A DNA stretch of 63,984 nucleotides, filler included. It is 10 parts of 10 records of this genome, joined end to end, with 100 filler letters (N's around TTAATTAATTAA, not from the genome) between each part and the next. Parts side by side here need not be neighbours in the genome. Positions count along the whole stretch, not along the records: positions 30,399 to 36,021 come from SRR31147125_105816; positions 36,122 to 42,313 come from SRR31147125_105852; 8 more parts are not named here. The stretch is one strand, 5' to 3'. The translations under genes were made by a program, and so were the position numbers. The notes under the pieces are model-generated. The model made no database searches. It was not told where the DNA came from and was given only the letters and a program-made list of their open reading frames with translations. Positions 32,336 to 42,413 of the stretch are shown here, piece after piece (the first letter of the stretch is position 1; every line of letters begins with the position of its first letter).

Positions 32336-32628
32336 TCTGTCCCAGAGGCTGTTTGCTGAAAGAGGGGGAGTATGGATGCAAACGGGGGGAGGACGCCTGG
32401 CTCCGTTCCCGGAATGGCCGGTTCCAGCGGCTTTCGACAACCGTCATGGTTCCTGCCGGAGAGGGCTTTAAACAGCTTCCCGCTGTCTCTCTGGGAGAAG
32501 TGGATACAAAGGCCATTCCGGACCTGAAAAAAGAGCTGGAGCGGGAGTGTCTGAGGCTGAAAAAAACCCCCGGGAGGCCGGAGGTTTGTAGAATTTCGGT
32601 TGGAACGACGGATTTTGAGGTCGGATAA
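32323..32628 (+). CDS. DUF1667-like Cys-motif protein (possibly the C-terminal domain of the upstream gene)
   Basis: CIVCPRGC...GCKRG...RLSTTV...LPAVS. Usual third gene of this cluster. Confidence 0.7.
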   Translation: MVCIVCPRGCLLKEGEYGCKRGEDAWLRSRNGRFQRLSTTVMVPAGEGFKQLPAVSLGEVDTKAIPDLKKELERECLRLKKTPGRPEVCRISVGTTDFEVG

Positions 32629-32652
32629 CCTGCCTGTCCGAGATACGGACGA

Positions 32653-33180
32653 CTATTGGGTCGAGGCGGACAGTTTATCCTGCAGGTCGATATCCTGGGC
32701 GTCCCAGGGGTAACAGATCCACAGATCTTCCAGATCCGATCCCCTGTAGTAGCGTTCAATCTGATCGGGAATGTTTCCCCTTTTGTTCTTAAGCTTGTTG
32801 TGAAGGACCGCGACTGCCAGTTCTTCCGGTTCGTGGGTCAGAAGTTCCTTCAGACAGTACTCCAGGGTATACCGGGAGTCATCCACCTCGTCTACCAGGA
32901 GGATTCGTTTTCCCTTCAGTTTCTGCTCAACCTCATCGATCCACTGAATTTTCTCGATCGAATCTCTCGGTTTATTATCCACATCGTAGTAGGAGAGGCC
33001 TACAGTCAGAATGGGCTTATTGATAAAGGTTTTCAACATCCGGGCGGGAATAAATCCCCCGGTTCCAATAGCTACAATCACATCTATATCAAATCCGGAA
33101 TCCAGAATTTCCAGAGCCAGTTCCTTGATCGTTCTGTGAATGTCGTTGTATGTAAAATAAATTTTTTCAGGTGCTTCCAT
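32653..33180 (-). CDS. Purine phosphoribosyltransferase of the fungal Hpt1/Xpt1 type
   Basis: YNDIH, AIGTGGFIPARML, PRPP loop LLVDEVDDSRYTL, VLHNK and WICYPWD. Confidence 0.8.
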   Translation of the reverse strand: MEAPEKIYFTYNDIHRTIKELALEILDSGFDIDVIVAIGTGGFIPARMLKTFINKPILTVGLSYYDVDNKPRDSIEKIQWIDEVEQKLKGKRILLVDEVDDSRYTLEYCLKELLTHEPEELAVAVLHNKLKNKRGNIPDQIERYYRGSDLEDLWICYPWDAQDIDLQDKLSASTQ

Positions 33181-33284
33181 AAATATGGAATTTACAGAAC
33201 TTGTCTAAATTTTTCAACCCATGGATCTTTCATTGAAACTGAAGTAATATTCCTTATGGTATAATATTACATTAGGAGAAAAAA

Positions 33285-34844
33285 ATGAAGAAAATTGCTA
33301 TATGTCTTTTAATAATGGCTGCTCTTGTTTTTCCTGTTCTTTCCCAGGAATCCGAGCAGGAGGCTGTCGAGATATCGCTCATCGAATCCCTTTCTGTGCT
33401 TGCTGAAGACGCGGTTTCTGAGATCAGTCAGAACATCAGAAGCGGAGGAGCCCTTTACACCACGGGAATCACCTTTCTCAATCGACCTTCTCAGCTGGGA
33501 GGTCTTCTAAACTCAGTACTTCTGGCTGATATTGCAGGAGCCGAGCTCCGGAATCTGAGCCTTTACGGTGAGGATGCCGATGTTCCCGAGACTCCGGGAT
33601 CCAGTGTCTACACCCTCTCCGGTGAGATTTACCGGCTGGCCGACGATGTCTATATCTCCCTGGTCCTGAAGAAAGGGGCTGATGGGGAGATTCTGATGGT
33701 TTCCGAATCGGTGATCCCTCTCACAAGAGAAGTTAGCATGATGCTTTCAGGCGGGATGTCAGGAATTACCAGCGGTGGAGACTCCTATGAACCGAATAAT
33801 GATCCTACCGGTGCTTTCCCCATTGATCTGAACAGCCAGATTGATGATTTGAGTCTTGAGCCTTCCGGGGATGTAGACTGGTTTTTTATCGAGGTTCCGA
33901 CGGCGGAGAATACCTTTATCAGTGCTGGAACCACAGGTTCCCTGGATACGGTAATGGATTTCTACGGACCCGATTCTCCCGATAATCTTATCGTCTCCAA
34001 CGACGACGGTGACCTTGGCTCCAACGCCCTGATTCAGACCGCCGTATCAGAACCGGGTGTCTATTTCATTTCAGTGACTGGCTATGGCTCCGAGGAGCGG
34101 GGTTCCTACGGTCTGTTTGTGAATTCCGAAATCTATACTGCCGAAGAGGGTGAGCCTAATAACAGCTTTTCCGAAGCCGAGTATATGCCCGGTCTGGATC
34201 TTGCTGTCGAAAAGAAACTCTTTCCTGTCGGAGATACCGACTGGTACCGGCTCGATCTTTCCGGTTTTACCTTTGGATCGGATGATGCGGTCAAGGTGAC
34301 CACTCTCAGCGCCATGGACACTTTTATGGAGCTTTATGCCGGAGATGTTCTTATGACCTCCGATGATGACGGCGGTCTCGACGGCAATGCAGCCGTGATA
34401 TTCACCCCCGAGAGCGGGATGGAGTACAGGGTTATGGTCAGAGGCTACTCGGAATCAAGCATCGGCGATTATACTCTCTTTATGGATACTGTCGTTCTTG
34501 AGCTGGATTCCTATGAGCCCAACAACAGCAGGGAAGAGGCAACCCGCATTGAACTGAACACCACCCAGGAGCATACTCTTGTAATGTCCGATGTGATCGA
34601 CTGGTATACTTTTACCCTCGACGGGCCGGATAATATTAACTTTGAAACCTATGGGGATATGGATACTTATGTTATAATGTATGACAGTCAGGGGAATATC
34701 ATTCAGGAGAGTGATGATGACGGAACCGGTTACAACGGCAGGATCAGCATGTATCTGGAACGGGGTACCTACTATTGTACTGTAGCTCTCTACTCCTCAG
34801 GAAGTGATGTAACAGAGTATAGTGCCGGTTTAAGCTCCAACTGA
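33285..34844 (+). CDS. Secreted acidic protein with three PPC-like repeats
   Basis: Signal peptide. Three copies of EPNN...DxDW...DTxMxxY...DDDG...N-x-x-I. AGGAG RBS. Confidence 0.75.
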   Translation: MKKIAICLLIMAALVFPVLSQESEQEAVEISLIESLSVLAEDAVSEISQNIRSGGALYTTGITFLNRPSQLGGLLNSVLLADIAGAELRNLSLYGEDADVPETPGSSVYTLSGEIYRLADDVYISLVLKKGADGEILMVSESVIPLTREVSMMLSGGMSGITSGGDSYEPNNDPTGAFPIDLNSQIDDLSLEPSGDVDWFFIEVPTAENTFISAGTTGSLDTVMDFYGPDSPDNLIVSNDDGDLGSNALIQTAVSEPGVYFISVTGYGSEERGSYGLFVNSEIYTAEEGEPNNSFSEAEYMPGLDLAVEKKLFPVGDTDWYRLDLSGFTFGSDDAVKVTTLSAMDTFMELYAGDVLMTSDDDGGLDGNAAVIFTPESGMEYRVMVRGYSESSIGDYTLFMDTVVLELDSYEPNNSREEATRIELNTTQEHTLVMSDVIDWYTFTLDGPDNINFETYGDMDTYVIMYDSQGNIIQESDDDGTGYNGRISMYLERGTYYCTVALYSSGSDVTEYSAGLSSN

Positions 34845-34882
34845 TTCTTCTGGCAATACAGCATGCGGCGGCAGAATAACGG

Positions 34883-36021
34883 ATGAATAAACAGAAAATA
34901 CTTTTCCTGACCTTTGGAGTACTTCTCATTCTGATCTTTGGAGCAGGTGTATGGCTTGTTATTCATCCTGTTCAGCCTTTCGTCCTTTCCGGTGGAACGG
35001 TCGGGGATATTCTCCCGGCCGACCGGGAGGCTGTTTTTTTTATCAAGGGGGAATGGCTGGCCTCCTGGTCGGAAGAGGGGCCTTCGGCCCTGCCCGATAA
35101 AAAAGAAGATTTTACCGAGGTTTCGGAAGGTTTCAGAGGGATCTGGAACAGCCGCCGGGAGGCCTTATACCGGCCTTCCACTGGATCTGCCGCCTACTAC
35201 TGTTCATTCCAGACAAGCGGCCGCCGGGGGATTCAGGCTGTCAGTCTGCCTGCCTTTGCCTCTGCCTCCCGGGTTATTGTCAATGGAGAAGAGGTTGCTC
35301 TGCAGGGAAGACCTGGTGCCTCCTTCAGTGAGGAGACGGCCCTTTCCCGGCCGGTGACGGTCCTTTTCAATCAGCAGGCTGATCTTGTCGAGATTGTCAT
35401 TCATATTTCCAATTACAGGAAATTTTCAGGCGGGGCTCCTGAATTGGGAATTGAATACGGGACACCCCCGGCGATTTATCAATTTCTTTCTGTTACTGAA
35501 AATCTTATCTTTACCCTGGTCCTTTTTATTGTCGGATTTACAATTTACTGCGGTATTCGGAGTGTGTTCCAGAAAGGAGACAGGTACCATTTTTTCCTCG
35601 CCCTGGGTTTTGCTCTTTTACTTGCCCGGATCTTCTTAAGCAATTTCTTTATTCTGGAAGCAGCTGACGTCATAAAAGGGCTTCCTTATGAACTGCCGAA
35701 CAGACTGACGTATCTTTTCCTTTTTCTTGTTTTACCTGTTTTTATCAACTTCGGGTTTCAGTTTCTCCCGGGAGTTGGGAATTCAAGACGAGCTGCCGTC
35801 ATTTCCCAGGTCATCGGGGTAACCGCTGCTGTTGCTGTTCTTGCTCTTCCGGGACGTCTACTGGCTTATGTCGAACCTCTTGTCTCTTTGTCCCTTGCCG
35901 GCGGAACCGGATTTCTTGTTTATCTTGGAATCCGTGGAATCCGGAAGAAAATCACTCTGTCCCTCCTGTTCACCCTGGGAATGGGGATCCTGTTTTCCTA
36001 TACCACCTTCCTTCTTCTTTT
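34883..36021 (+). CDS. 7TM-DISM-like membrane sensor, truncated before its output domain
   Basis: N-terminal TM, then extracellular GEW...GSAAY...SASRVIVNGE..VEIVIHISNY..GG, then a run of TM helices. Confidence 0.65.
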
Positions 36022-36121
36022 NNNNNNNNNNNNNNNNNNNNNNNNNNNNNNNNNNNNNNNNNNNNTTAATTAATTAANNNNNNNNNNNNNNNNNNNNNNN
36101 NNNNNNNNNNNNNNNNNNNNN
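36022..36121. other. Artificial contig spacer
   Basis: N44-TTAATTAATTAA-N44. Confidence 0.98.
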
Positions 36122-36398
36122 CATCTTTTTTTCATCTCTGCTCCTTGTCTGTTGATTGATCTCTTACAATGCTCATGAATAACACTATAGACGGATAATA
36201 CGACAATAGGTTTACGATCAGACAGACTGGCCCTTTTCCTGCGTCGAAAACAGCTGGTGCCCACGGCCCTGATCAGGGTATAGTCTGCGCATATGCGACG
36301 AACCGGCAGGGTGCGCCAGGCGCCGTCGATTGAGGATCGATTGATTTCAAGGAACCTGGAATAAGTCCCCTGTCAAACACTCTACCGGATAGGAATAC

Positions 36399-37661
36399 AT
36401 GACTCGCCGATTGAACCTCTTGTGTGTGTATATTCCGCTATTTCTCATCTCCTGCGCCTCCGGTATCGGCTTCGCAGCCGACGAAGAACCGGGCGGAAAC
36501 AGCGGTTCGGTCCTGGTCGGGGACGAGGCGGTCCGCCAGGTCGACACGTTCGTCATTGGCTGGCTGCGCCCGTTTTTTGAGCTGGTATCCACCAGCCCCT
36601 GGGTGCAGAGCGCGATCGTAATCCTGCTCACCTTCACCTTCGCATCACTGATGAGCTGGGTGATTTTCAAGATCCTGAAAGCCGTCACAAGCCGGACCAG
36701 CGTCCTCATCGACGACCAGATCGCCGAAATCCTCAGGCCGCCAATCTTTTACTCGCTCATTGTGATCGGACTGAGCGCCGGGATAGAGCTGATGCCGATC
36801 GCGATCTGGAAAGTGTACCTGATGAGGGGCATACGGACCATCGGGGTCATTATCTGGATCATGTTCTTCAGCCGCTTTACATCGCTCGCACTGAAGCGGG
36901 TGGCCGAGCTCTCCGACCGCGTCACCTTTATCCAGTATCAAACGGTAACCCTGTTCGACAATCTCGCAAAGATCGTGATTTTCGGCGCCGGAATCTACGC
37001 GGTGTTCGTTATCTGGAATATCGATATGACCGCCTGGCTCGCATCTGCGGGGATCGCCGGTATCGCGATCGGGTTTGCCGCCAAGGATACACTCTCCAAC
37101 CTCTTTTCCGGGGTCTTCATCATCGCCGATGCCCCATACAAGGTGGGCGACTATATCGAGCTGGACAGGGGCGGACGGGGCAAGGTGGTCAACATCGGGC
37201 TGCGCAGCACGCGCATCCTGACCCGTGACGATATCGAGGTGACGATCCCAAACTCAATCATCGGGAATTCAACCATCATCAACCAGTCCGGCGGGCCGCA
37301 CGAGAAGATGAGGATCCGGCTGAAAATCGGGGTCGCATACGGCTCGGACGTCGACCACGTCAAACACATCCTAGTGGAGGCGGCCCAGGCGAACCCACTG
37401 GTGTGCAGCCACCCCGCACCGCGCATCCGCTTTCGTCAGTTCGGCGCATCGAGCCTTGATTTCGAGCTTTTATTCTGGGTTGATAAGCCGGAGGACAGGG
37501 GCAGAGTGCTCGACGCGATGAACACCACCGTATACAAACAGCTCAACGACGAAGCCATAGAGATCCCGTATGCGAAGCAGGATCTTTACATCAAGGGACT
37601 GCCGGAAGTGCTTTCATCTCCGGGGTCAGCCAAGCCGAAGGATAAGGACTCGGGGCGGTAA
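36399..37661 (+). CDS. MscS family mechanosensitive channel
   Basis: AGIAGIAIGFAAKDTLSNLFSG, PYKVGDYI, IGLRSTRI, TIPNS and GVAYGSD. Confidence 0.92.
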   Translation: MTRRLNLLCVYIPLFLISCASGIGFAADEEPGGNSGSVLVGDEAVRQVDTFVIGWLRPFFELVSTSPWVQSAIVILLTFTFASLMSWVIFKILKAVTSRTSVLIDDQIAEILRPPIFYSLIVIGLSAGIELMPIAIWKVYLMRGIRTIGVIIWIMFFSRFTSLALKRVAELSDRVTFIQYQTVTLFDNLAKIVIFGAGIYAVFVIWNIDMTAWLASAGIAGIAIGFAAKDTLSNLFSGVFIIADAPYKVGDYIELDRGGRGKVVNIGLRSTRILTRDDIEVTIPNSIIGNSTIINQSGGPHEKMRIRLKIGVAYGSDVDHVKHILVEAAQANPLVCSHPAPRIRFRQFGASSLDFELLFWVDKPEDRGRVLDAMNTTVYKQLNDEAIEIPYAKQDLYIKGLPEVLSSPGSAKPKDKDSGR

Positions 37662-37726
37662 CGGCACCCATTAAGGGACCCGAGGAAACCGGGGGAACCT
37701 TGATTCACTCGGCGGGAAAGTACTTG

Positions 37727-38359
37727 TTATGTGAGAAAGTCAGCCCGTATTCTTTCGTGAACAGCTTCCGCGAAAATACGGTGCTGGTCTGCTTCCCAGT
37801 GTACCCCATCGATAGCACTGCTGGTTACCGTTTCACTGGCATCCATGAACGGACAGCCCACAAACGTGGCAATCAGCCCTATCTGGTGCGCAAGGTCTTT
37901 GGACCTGGCAGCGGCGTCGCCATAGATACCGGACAGCAGAGTAAGTTTGCCTATGGGCGGTGGAGCGATCGCAAGGATAGCGGGCGCATTTCCATTTCTG
38001 CCGGCCCCACTGCCCTTGACGATTGCAATCAAATACTTCACGCCCTGGGCAACCTCTGCTGAGGTGAAATTGAAATGGGCCTTCAGGTCATTGGTCCCGA
38101 GCATGATGATGACCAGGTCAATCTCAGCATGGGATTCAAGACAGGGAGGGAGGTAGGTTTTTCCGTTCTTGTGATCGTTGAAAGGATCATCCCACACCGT
38201 TGTTCTCCCGTTTTGTCCCTCTTCAATCACTTCACAATGATCTCCGAGTAGTTGACCAAGAATACCGGTCCACCGAACTTCTCGCGAGTAACGGGTAAAC
38301 GGCGCATCAGGCCTGAACCCCCAGGTATTCGAATCACCAAAACACAATATTCTGTACAT
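37727..38359 (-). CDS. SGNH/GDSL hydrolase
   Basis: CFGDSNTWG, EEGQNGRTT, MLGTNDLK and DGVH. Confidence 0.92.
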   Translation of the reverse strand: MYRILCFGDSNTWGFRPDAPFTRYSREVRWTGILGQLLGDHCEVIEEGQNGRTTVWDDPFNDHKNGKTYLPPCLESHAEIDLVIIMLGTNDLKAHFNFTSAEVAQGVKYLIAIVKGSGAGRNGNAPAILAIAPPPIGKLTLLSGIYGDAAARSKDLAHQIGLIATFVGCPFMDASETVTSSAIDGVHWEADQHRIFAEAVHERIRADFLT

Positions 38360-38625
38360 ACTATCTCAAGCTCCTCTCTTCTGTTCCGCCCCATTCTAAG
38401 GCCTTAGCTGCTCGTAAAAGATCGGGTTTGTATCTATCATACCAAAAGAAGCACATCAGGAGAGAAAAATCACAGGCCATGAAGGAGACAGGCCGTATCC
38501 GGCCAGCCAAAACAGACGGCTCTCGAAACGGGCGCAACTCTTCGAAGAGTATGAGAACGGGCGGGGTATGGACAGCGCCCGGCACCCGGGGCAGTGCCGT
38601 TATCGTGTCGAGAAATAGTCGGTGA

Positions 38626-39309
38626 TTATCTGCAGCACCTCTTCTTTGTCAGATTCCGTGGCCGGTGGTATCCTGACCCACTCGGGCAGGGCCACACCTC
38701 CTCAATCCTGCGGAACCCGTGGTTATACGCCAGCATCACCCTGACAACCTCGGGATGAGCGCTCCGAACAGCCCAGTACATCCCATCACACAACAGCTTA
38801 TCATTGCTCCGATGCTCTGCGCTGTTGCGCAGGCTCACTGCAACAAGTTTATCCTGACCGCTCCTGACGAATCGCATAAAGGGCTGCAGCCCTTTCCAGT
38901 CCGCTCATACAGGGCTGCCTCCCGCTTCGATGAGGTGGCGTATCGATTCCTCACAGCCGTTTCTGACCACGATGTCGAAGGGAGAGCGATTGAGCAGGTC
39001 CCTTACATCCATATGCACACCCTACTCGACAATCGTGCGCAGAACAGCGGGATATTGGGCAGCATGGTTTACAAGATCGCAGAGATCACGACTTGTGAAA
39101 TCGACCTCTGCTCCCATCCGGAACAAATCCCCGACCATCTCCGGGTCATTGATCCGGACCGCCGCTCTGAGAGGATAGGGGGCGTTGACTCCGGCCCCTT
39201 CTGGTTTATTCGGATCGGCACCTGCCGCAAGCAGCGCCCGGGCTACATCCTTGTGCCTCTTCTGGATCGCCGAGAGCAGCAGTGAGAGTGCGCGACTGAT
39301 TTGAACCAT
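38626..39309 (-). pseudogene. Ankyrin-repeat gene interrupted by in-frame TAG (39022-39024) and TGA (38905-38907)
   Basis: One frame reads ...ARALLAAGADPN..PLRAAVR...TIVE*GVHMDVRDLLNRSPFDIVVRNGCEESIRHLIEAGGSPV*ADWKGLQPFMRFVRSG...MYWAVRSAHPEVVRVML. Confidence 0.75.
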
Positions 39310-39454
39310 TCGGTTGAACTGCCATCCTTTTTGTGAGATAAGAAGAGTACGGTCCCCGTTTCCAGGGGCGGGAGTCTCTGTTACTGCTGCTTGAGATCAT
39401 TTACCCAACAAATCGGAGGAGGCCCGTGGTTCCCAGACCACCTGACATGAATCC

Positions 39455-40050
39455 ATGAACAATTACCTACATATTGCCGTGGCTGCGATTCTCGGTGTCG
39501 CATCTCTGTTCCTCAGCGATTTTCCCGGAATGATGGTTGCCCTGGCAGCAATCCTGCTCTCCACGCTTATCGCACGAACCGCCCCCAACCTTGTATCATT
39601 TATAATCCTCCCGCCGGCGCTCGCCATGCTCTTTTTCTGTCTGCAGACGTTCGGCCTGTTCTCCTCGCAGGTAAGCAAGGAGATCGGCACCGTCTATGCG
39701 TCAATCGAGACGACCAACCAGGCGTTTGCGCTTCTCGCGCAGGAAAAAACAGAAACCAGCAGAGACGAGTTAGTCCGCAGCCTGGAAGAGGGAGTGGAGT
39801 TGGCTGGCGACATTGATGCCGAGTTGATCGACCGCCTCGTACCGGGATTCAGCGCATCATTTCAGGAGAACTATATTATCGGCTCACGAGCCCTTGCGCA
39901 GGGGTTCAAGGAAGACGACATCGGACTCAAACTCAAGGGGGAGTTCTCATGGATACCTGGGCGAAATGGAACCTTGAAAACAGAGAGACACTCGAAGAGA
40001 CCAGGTTAAAAAAGCCATCTCCGGTGGCATTTTTACTGGAGCGGGTGTAG
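39455..40050 (+). CDS. Hypothetical membrane protein, probable frameshift in G-run near 39940
   Basis: Three N-terminal TM segments. Adding one G to the G5 run gives KGGVLMDTWAKWNLENRETLEE..., ending at TAG 40050. Confidence 0.5.
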
Positions 40051-40111
40051 GTTTCAACCTACTGGTCTCGCCAGAGACACCTTTGATCACGAACAGACAC
40101 CGGATAGATAT

Positions 40112-40840
40112 ATGCCACGCGAAAAAAGAATAGCCCTCCTGATAGACTGCGACAACGTCAGCCACAAGTCCATCGAAGGGGTCATCGACGAGCTTTCCAA
40201 GTACGGAAAGGTCAATATCCGCCATGCGTACGGTAACTGGAAGAGCAAGATGCTGGCGGGCTGGGAGGAAAAGCTTCACCCGCACGCGATCAAGCCAATC
40301 CAGCAGTTTGCTTACACCAGCGGTAAAAACGCGACTGACGCGGCGATGATCATCGACGCAATGGACCTGCTCTACACCCGCCAGTTGGACGGCTTCGCGT
40401 TAATGACGAGCGACAGCGATTTCACTCCCCTGGTCATGCGCATTCTCTCCAACGGGGTAGCGGTGTACGGGTTCGGGGAGCAGAAAACACCGCTGCCTTT
40501 TGTAAAGGCGTGTTCGCAATTTATCTACACCGAGAATCTCGAGCACGCGGACGAAGAGGAAAAACCTGCCGACAACGGTGATTCCAGGAAATCAAGAAAC
40601 GAGCTGCGGGGAGATGCGGCACTCGTTAAACTGCTGCGCACTGCAGTCGAGCAAAGTGCCGACGAGGACGGGTGGAGCAACCTCGGACTCGTCGGGCAGT
40701 ACATCTCTAACAAGACATCATTCTCGCCTGTCAACTACGGCTACAAGAAGCTCGGGGACCTGATACGGGCCTGTGACCTCTTTGAAATCAGCATGCGTCA
40801 TGATAACTCGGTGATGTTCATCAAAGACTCACGGAAATGA
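40112..40840 (+). CDS. NYN (LabA/DUF88) domain protein with C-terminal OST-HTH/LOTUS domain
   Basis: IALLIDCDN, AYGNW, GKNATDAAMIIDAMDLL, SDSDF, GWSNLGLVG and NYGYKKL. Confidence 0.9.
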   Translation: MPREKRIALLIDCDNVSHKSIEGVIDELSKYGKVNIRHAYGNWKSKMLAGWEEKLHPHAIKPIQQFAYTSGKNATDAAMIIDAMDLLYTRQLDGFALMTSDSDFTPLVMRILSNGVAVYGFGEQKTPLPFVKACSQFIYTENLEHADEEEKPADNGDSRKSRNELRGDAALVKLLRTAVEQSADEDGWSNLGLVGQYISNKTSFSPVNYGYKKLGDLIRACDLFEISMRHDNSVMFIKDSRK

Positions 40841-40859
40841 CACCCCTCACTCACGCTGA

Positions 40860-41057
40860 ATGTTTCCCGAGCTGGTGGTGCCCATCGAGCACTTTGTCAA
40901 AATTCTGAGAATCCAAGCCAATGTCACCGGCACTCCGGGAACCGAATTCGGCCCTCGGTTCACCAGGGAATTCCGCATCAATTTTTCCCAGGACCATGCA
41001 GCGGCAGTTGATGCTATGCAGAGAACGATCAAGCTGATTGAGAGGTATCGTAGATGA
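40860..41057 (+). pseudogene. C-terminal remnant of a class I/II PLP aminotransferase
   Basis: QANVTGTPGTEFG...FRINFSQ matches the PG..FG..RxNF terminal motif. Only about 65 codons remain. Confidence 0.6.
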
Positions 41058-41485
41058 ACGAATCCCCCATTCCCCAAGGCAAGTACATCCCGGCCTCCCG
41101 GCACAACGATCTCGTATACACCTCCGGAATGACACCGAGGAAAAACGGCGTACTCCAGTTCAACGGGCCAGTCCAGGCCTCCGAACCCATCGAAACCTAT
41201 CGGGAGGCGGTACGGCTGGCGGCGGGCAACGCCCTGATTGCGGCCCGCGCTGCGGTTAGCACGCAGGAATATATCAGCAGGGTGGTCACGCTCTCCGTCT
41301 TTATTGCCACGACAGAAGGATTCACCGCACACGCGCGGGTGGCGGATTTCGCTTCGGAGTACTTCCATGAGGAGTTGGGCGATGACGGCGTCGGCAGCAG
41401 GGCGGCAATCGGCGTTGCGTCACTGCCCGGCAATGCCCCCGTGGAAATTCAGCTGACAGCCGCGGTGTCGAAACAATCAGGCTGA
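41054..41485 (+). CDS. RidA/YjgF family protein
   Basis: PQGKYIP, LVYTSG, ADFASE and SRAAIGVASLPGNAPVEI. Confidence 0.88.
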   Translation: MNESPIPQGKYIPASRHNDLVYTSGMTPRKNGVLQFNGPVQASEPIETYREAVRLAAGNALIAARAAVSTQEYISRVVTLSVFIATTEGFTAHARVADFASEYFHEELGDDGVGSRAAIGVASLPGNAPVEIQLTAAVSKQSG

Positions 41486-42313
41486 ATCGAGCAGGCTTCT
41501 CGCCCCACTCGTAAGCTCCCGGGTGAACTGGTCGAGCAGCGCTGACTTCAGGCTCCAGCAATGCCAGTGGAGATCCACCGACACACAGCCGCCGGGCGAG
41601 ACATCGACCAGTCGGCCGGCGTCTACAAGGGAGGTGCTCTGCAGGTCCGGCAGCATCCCGTACGCCATCCCCATCATGAGAAACTCAGCATATTTCTCGA
41701 CTGACGGCACAAAATTGATCGGCATGGAAGCGGGTACGTCCCCGATTACCCGATTGGTAAACGTGTGATGCAGGTCATCCTTGCGGTCGAAAATGAGCGC
41801 CGGGGCACGTCCCACCGCCTCTCGGGTAAAGCCGTCCGCGAACCACCGCCCGGCAAACTCCGGAGCAGCCATCATACGGTAGCTCATCTGCCCCAGATAG
41901 ACGCTCCGGCACCCCTGGATCGGCTGTTTTCGCGAGCTGATGCAGCCCATGACCTCACCGTCTCTTAAAAACCGGTGCGTCTGCTCTTGGTCGGCCACCC
42001 TGATCTCCAGTGAAACACGTTGCTCGTCCAAAAAAGAACGTACTGCATCGAGGAACCAGAGGGCGAGACTGTCGGCATTGATGCCGACCGCCAGTGCCGC
42101 ATACCCTCCGGTGGTCGACTCGTCCATCTCTTCTTTCAGATCATCTTCGAGCCGCTTTACCTGGAGGTAGTGTTTGAGAAGGTGGCGACCGGCGGAGGTC
42201 AGCCGTGGTGGACTGGTTCGGACAATCACGACCTGCCCCATGTGCTCCTCCAGCAGCCTGACTCGCTGTGAAACAGCGGACTGTGTGATGTACAAAGCCC
42301 GGGCCGCCTTCTC
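41477..42313 (-). CDS. argP: LysR family regulator ArgP/LysG-like, 5' truncated
   Basis: KAARALYITQSAVSQRVRLLEE, GINADSLALWF, DQEQT, FDRKDDL and LHWHCW. Confidence 0.85.
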   Translation of the reverse strand, partial: EKAARALYITQSAVSQRVRLLEEHMGQVVIVRTSPPRLTSAGRHLLKHYLQVKRLEDDLKEEMDESTTGGYAALAVGINADSLALWFLDAVRSFLDEQRVSLEIRVADQEQTHRFLRDGEVMGCISSRKQPIQGCRSVYLGQMSYRMMAAPEFAGRWFADGFTREAVGRAPALIFDRKDDLHHTFTNRVIGDVPASMPINFVPSVEKYAEFLMMGMAYGMLPDLQSTSLVDAGRLVDVSPGGCVSVDLHWHCWSLKSALLDQFTRELTSGARSLLDSA

Positions 42314-42413
42314 NNNNNNNNNNNNNNNNNNNNNNNNNNNNNNNNNNNNNNNNNNNNTTAATTAATTAANNNNNNNNNNNNNNNNNNNNNNNNNNNNNNN
42401 NNNNNNNNNNNNN
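42314..42413. other. Artificial contig spacer
   Basis: N44-TTAATTAATTAA-N44. Confidence 0.98.

Noticed and set aside
36122..36264. 64-aa minus-strand ORF at contig edge
   Set aside because: Only the last few codons (AAGGAG RBS, ATG at 36135, MKKR) look like a real gene start, which is too short to assign.
38719..39285. 188-aa plus-strand ORF over the ankyrin region
   Set aside because: Antisense shadow of the ankyrin frame, which carries the recognisable repeats.
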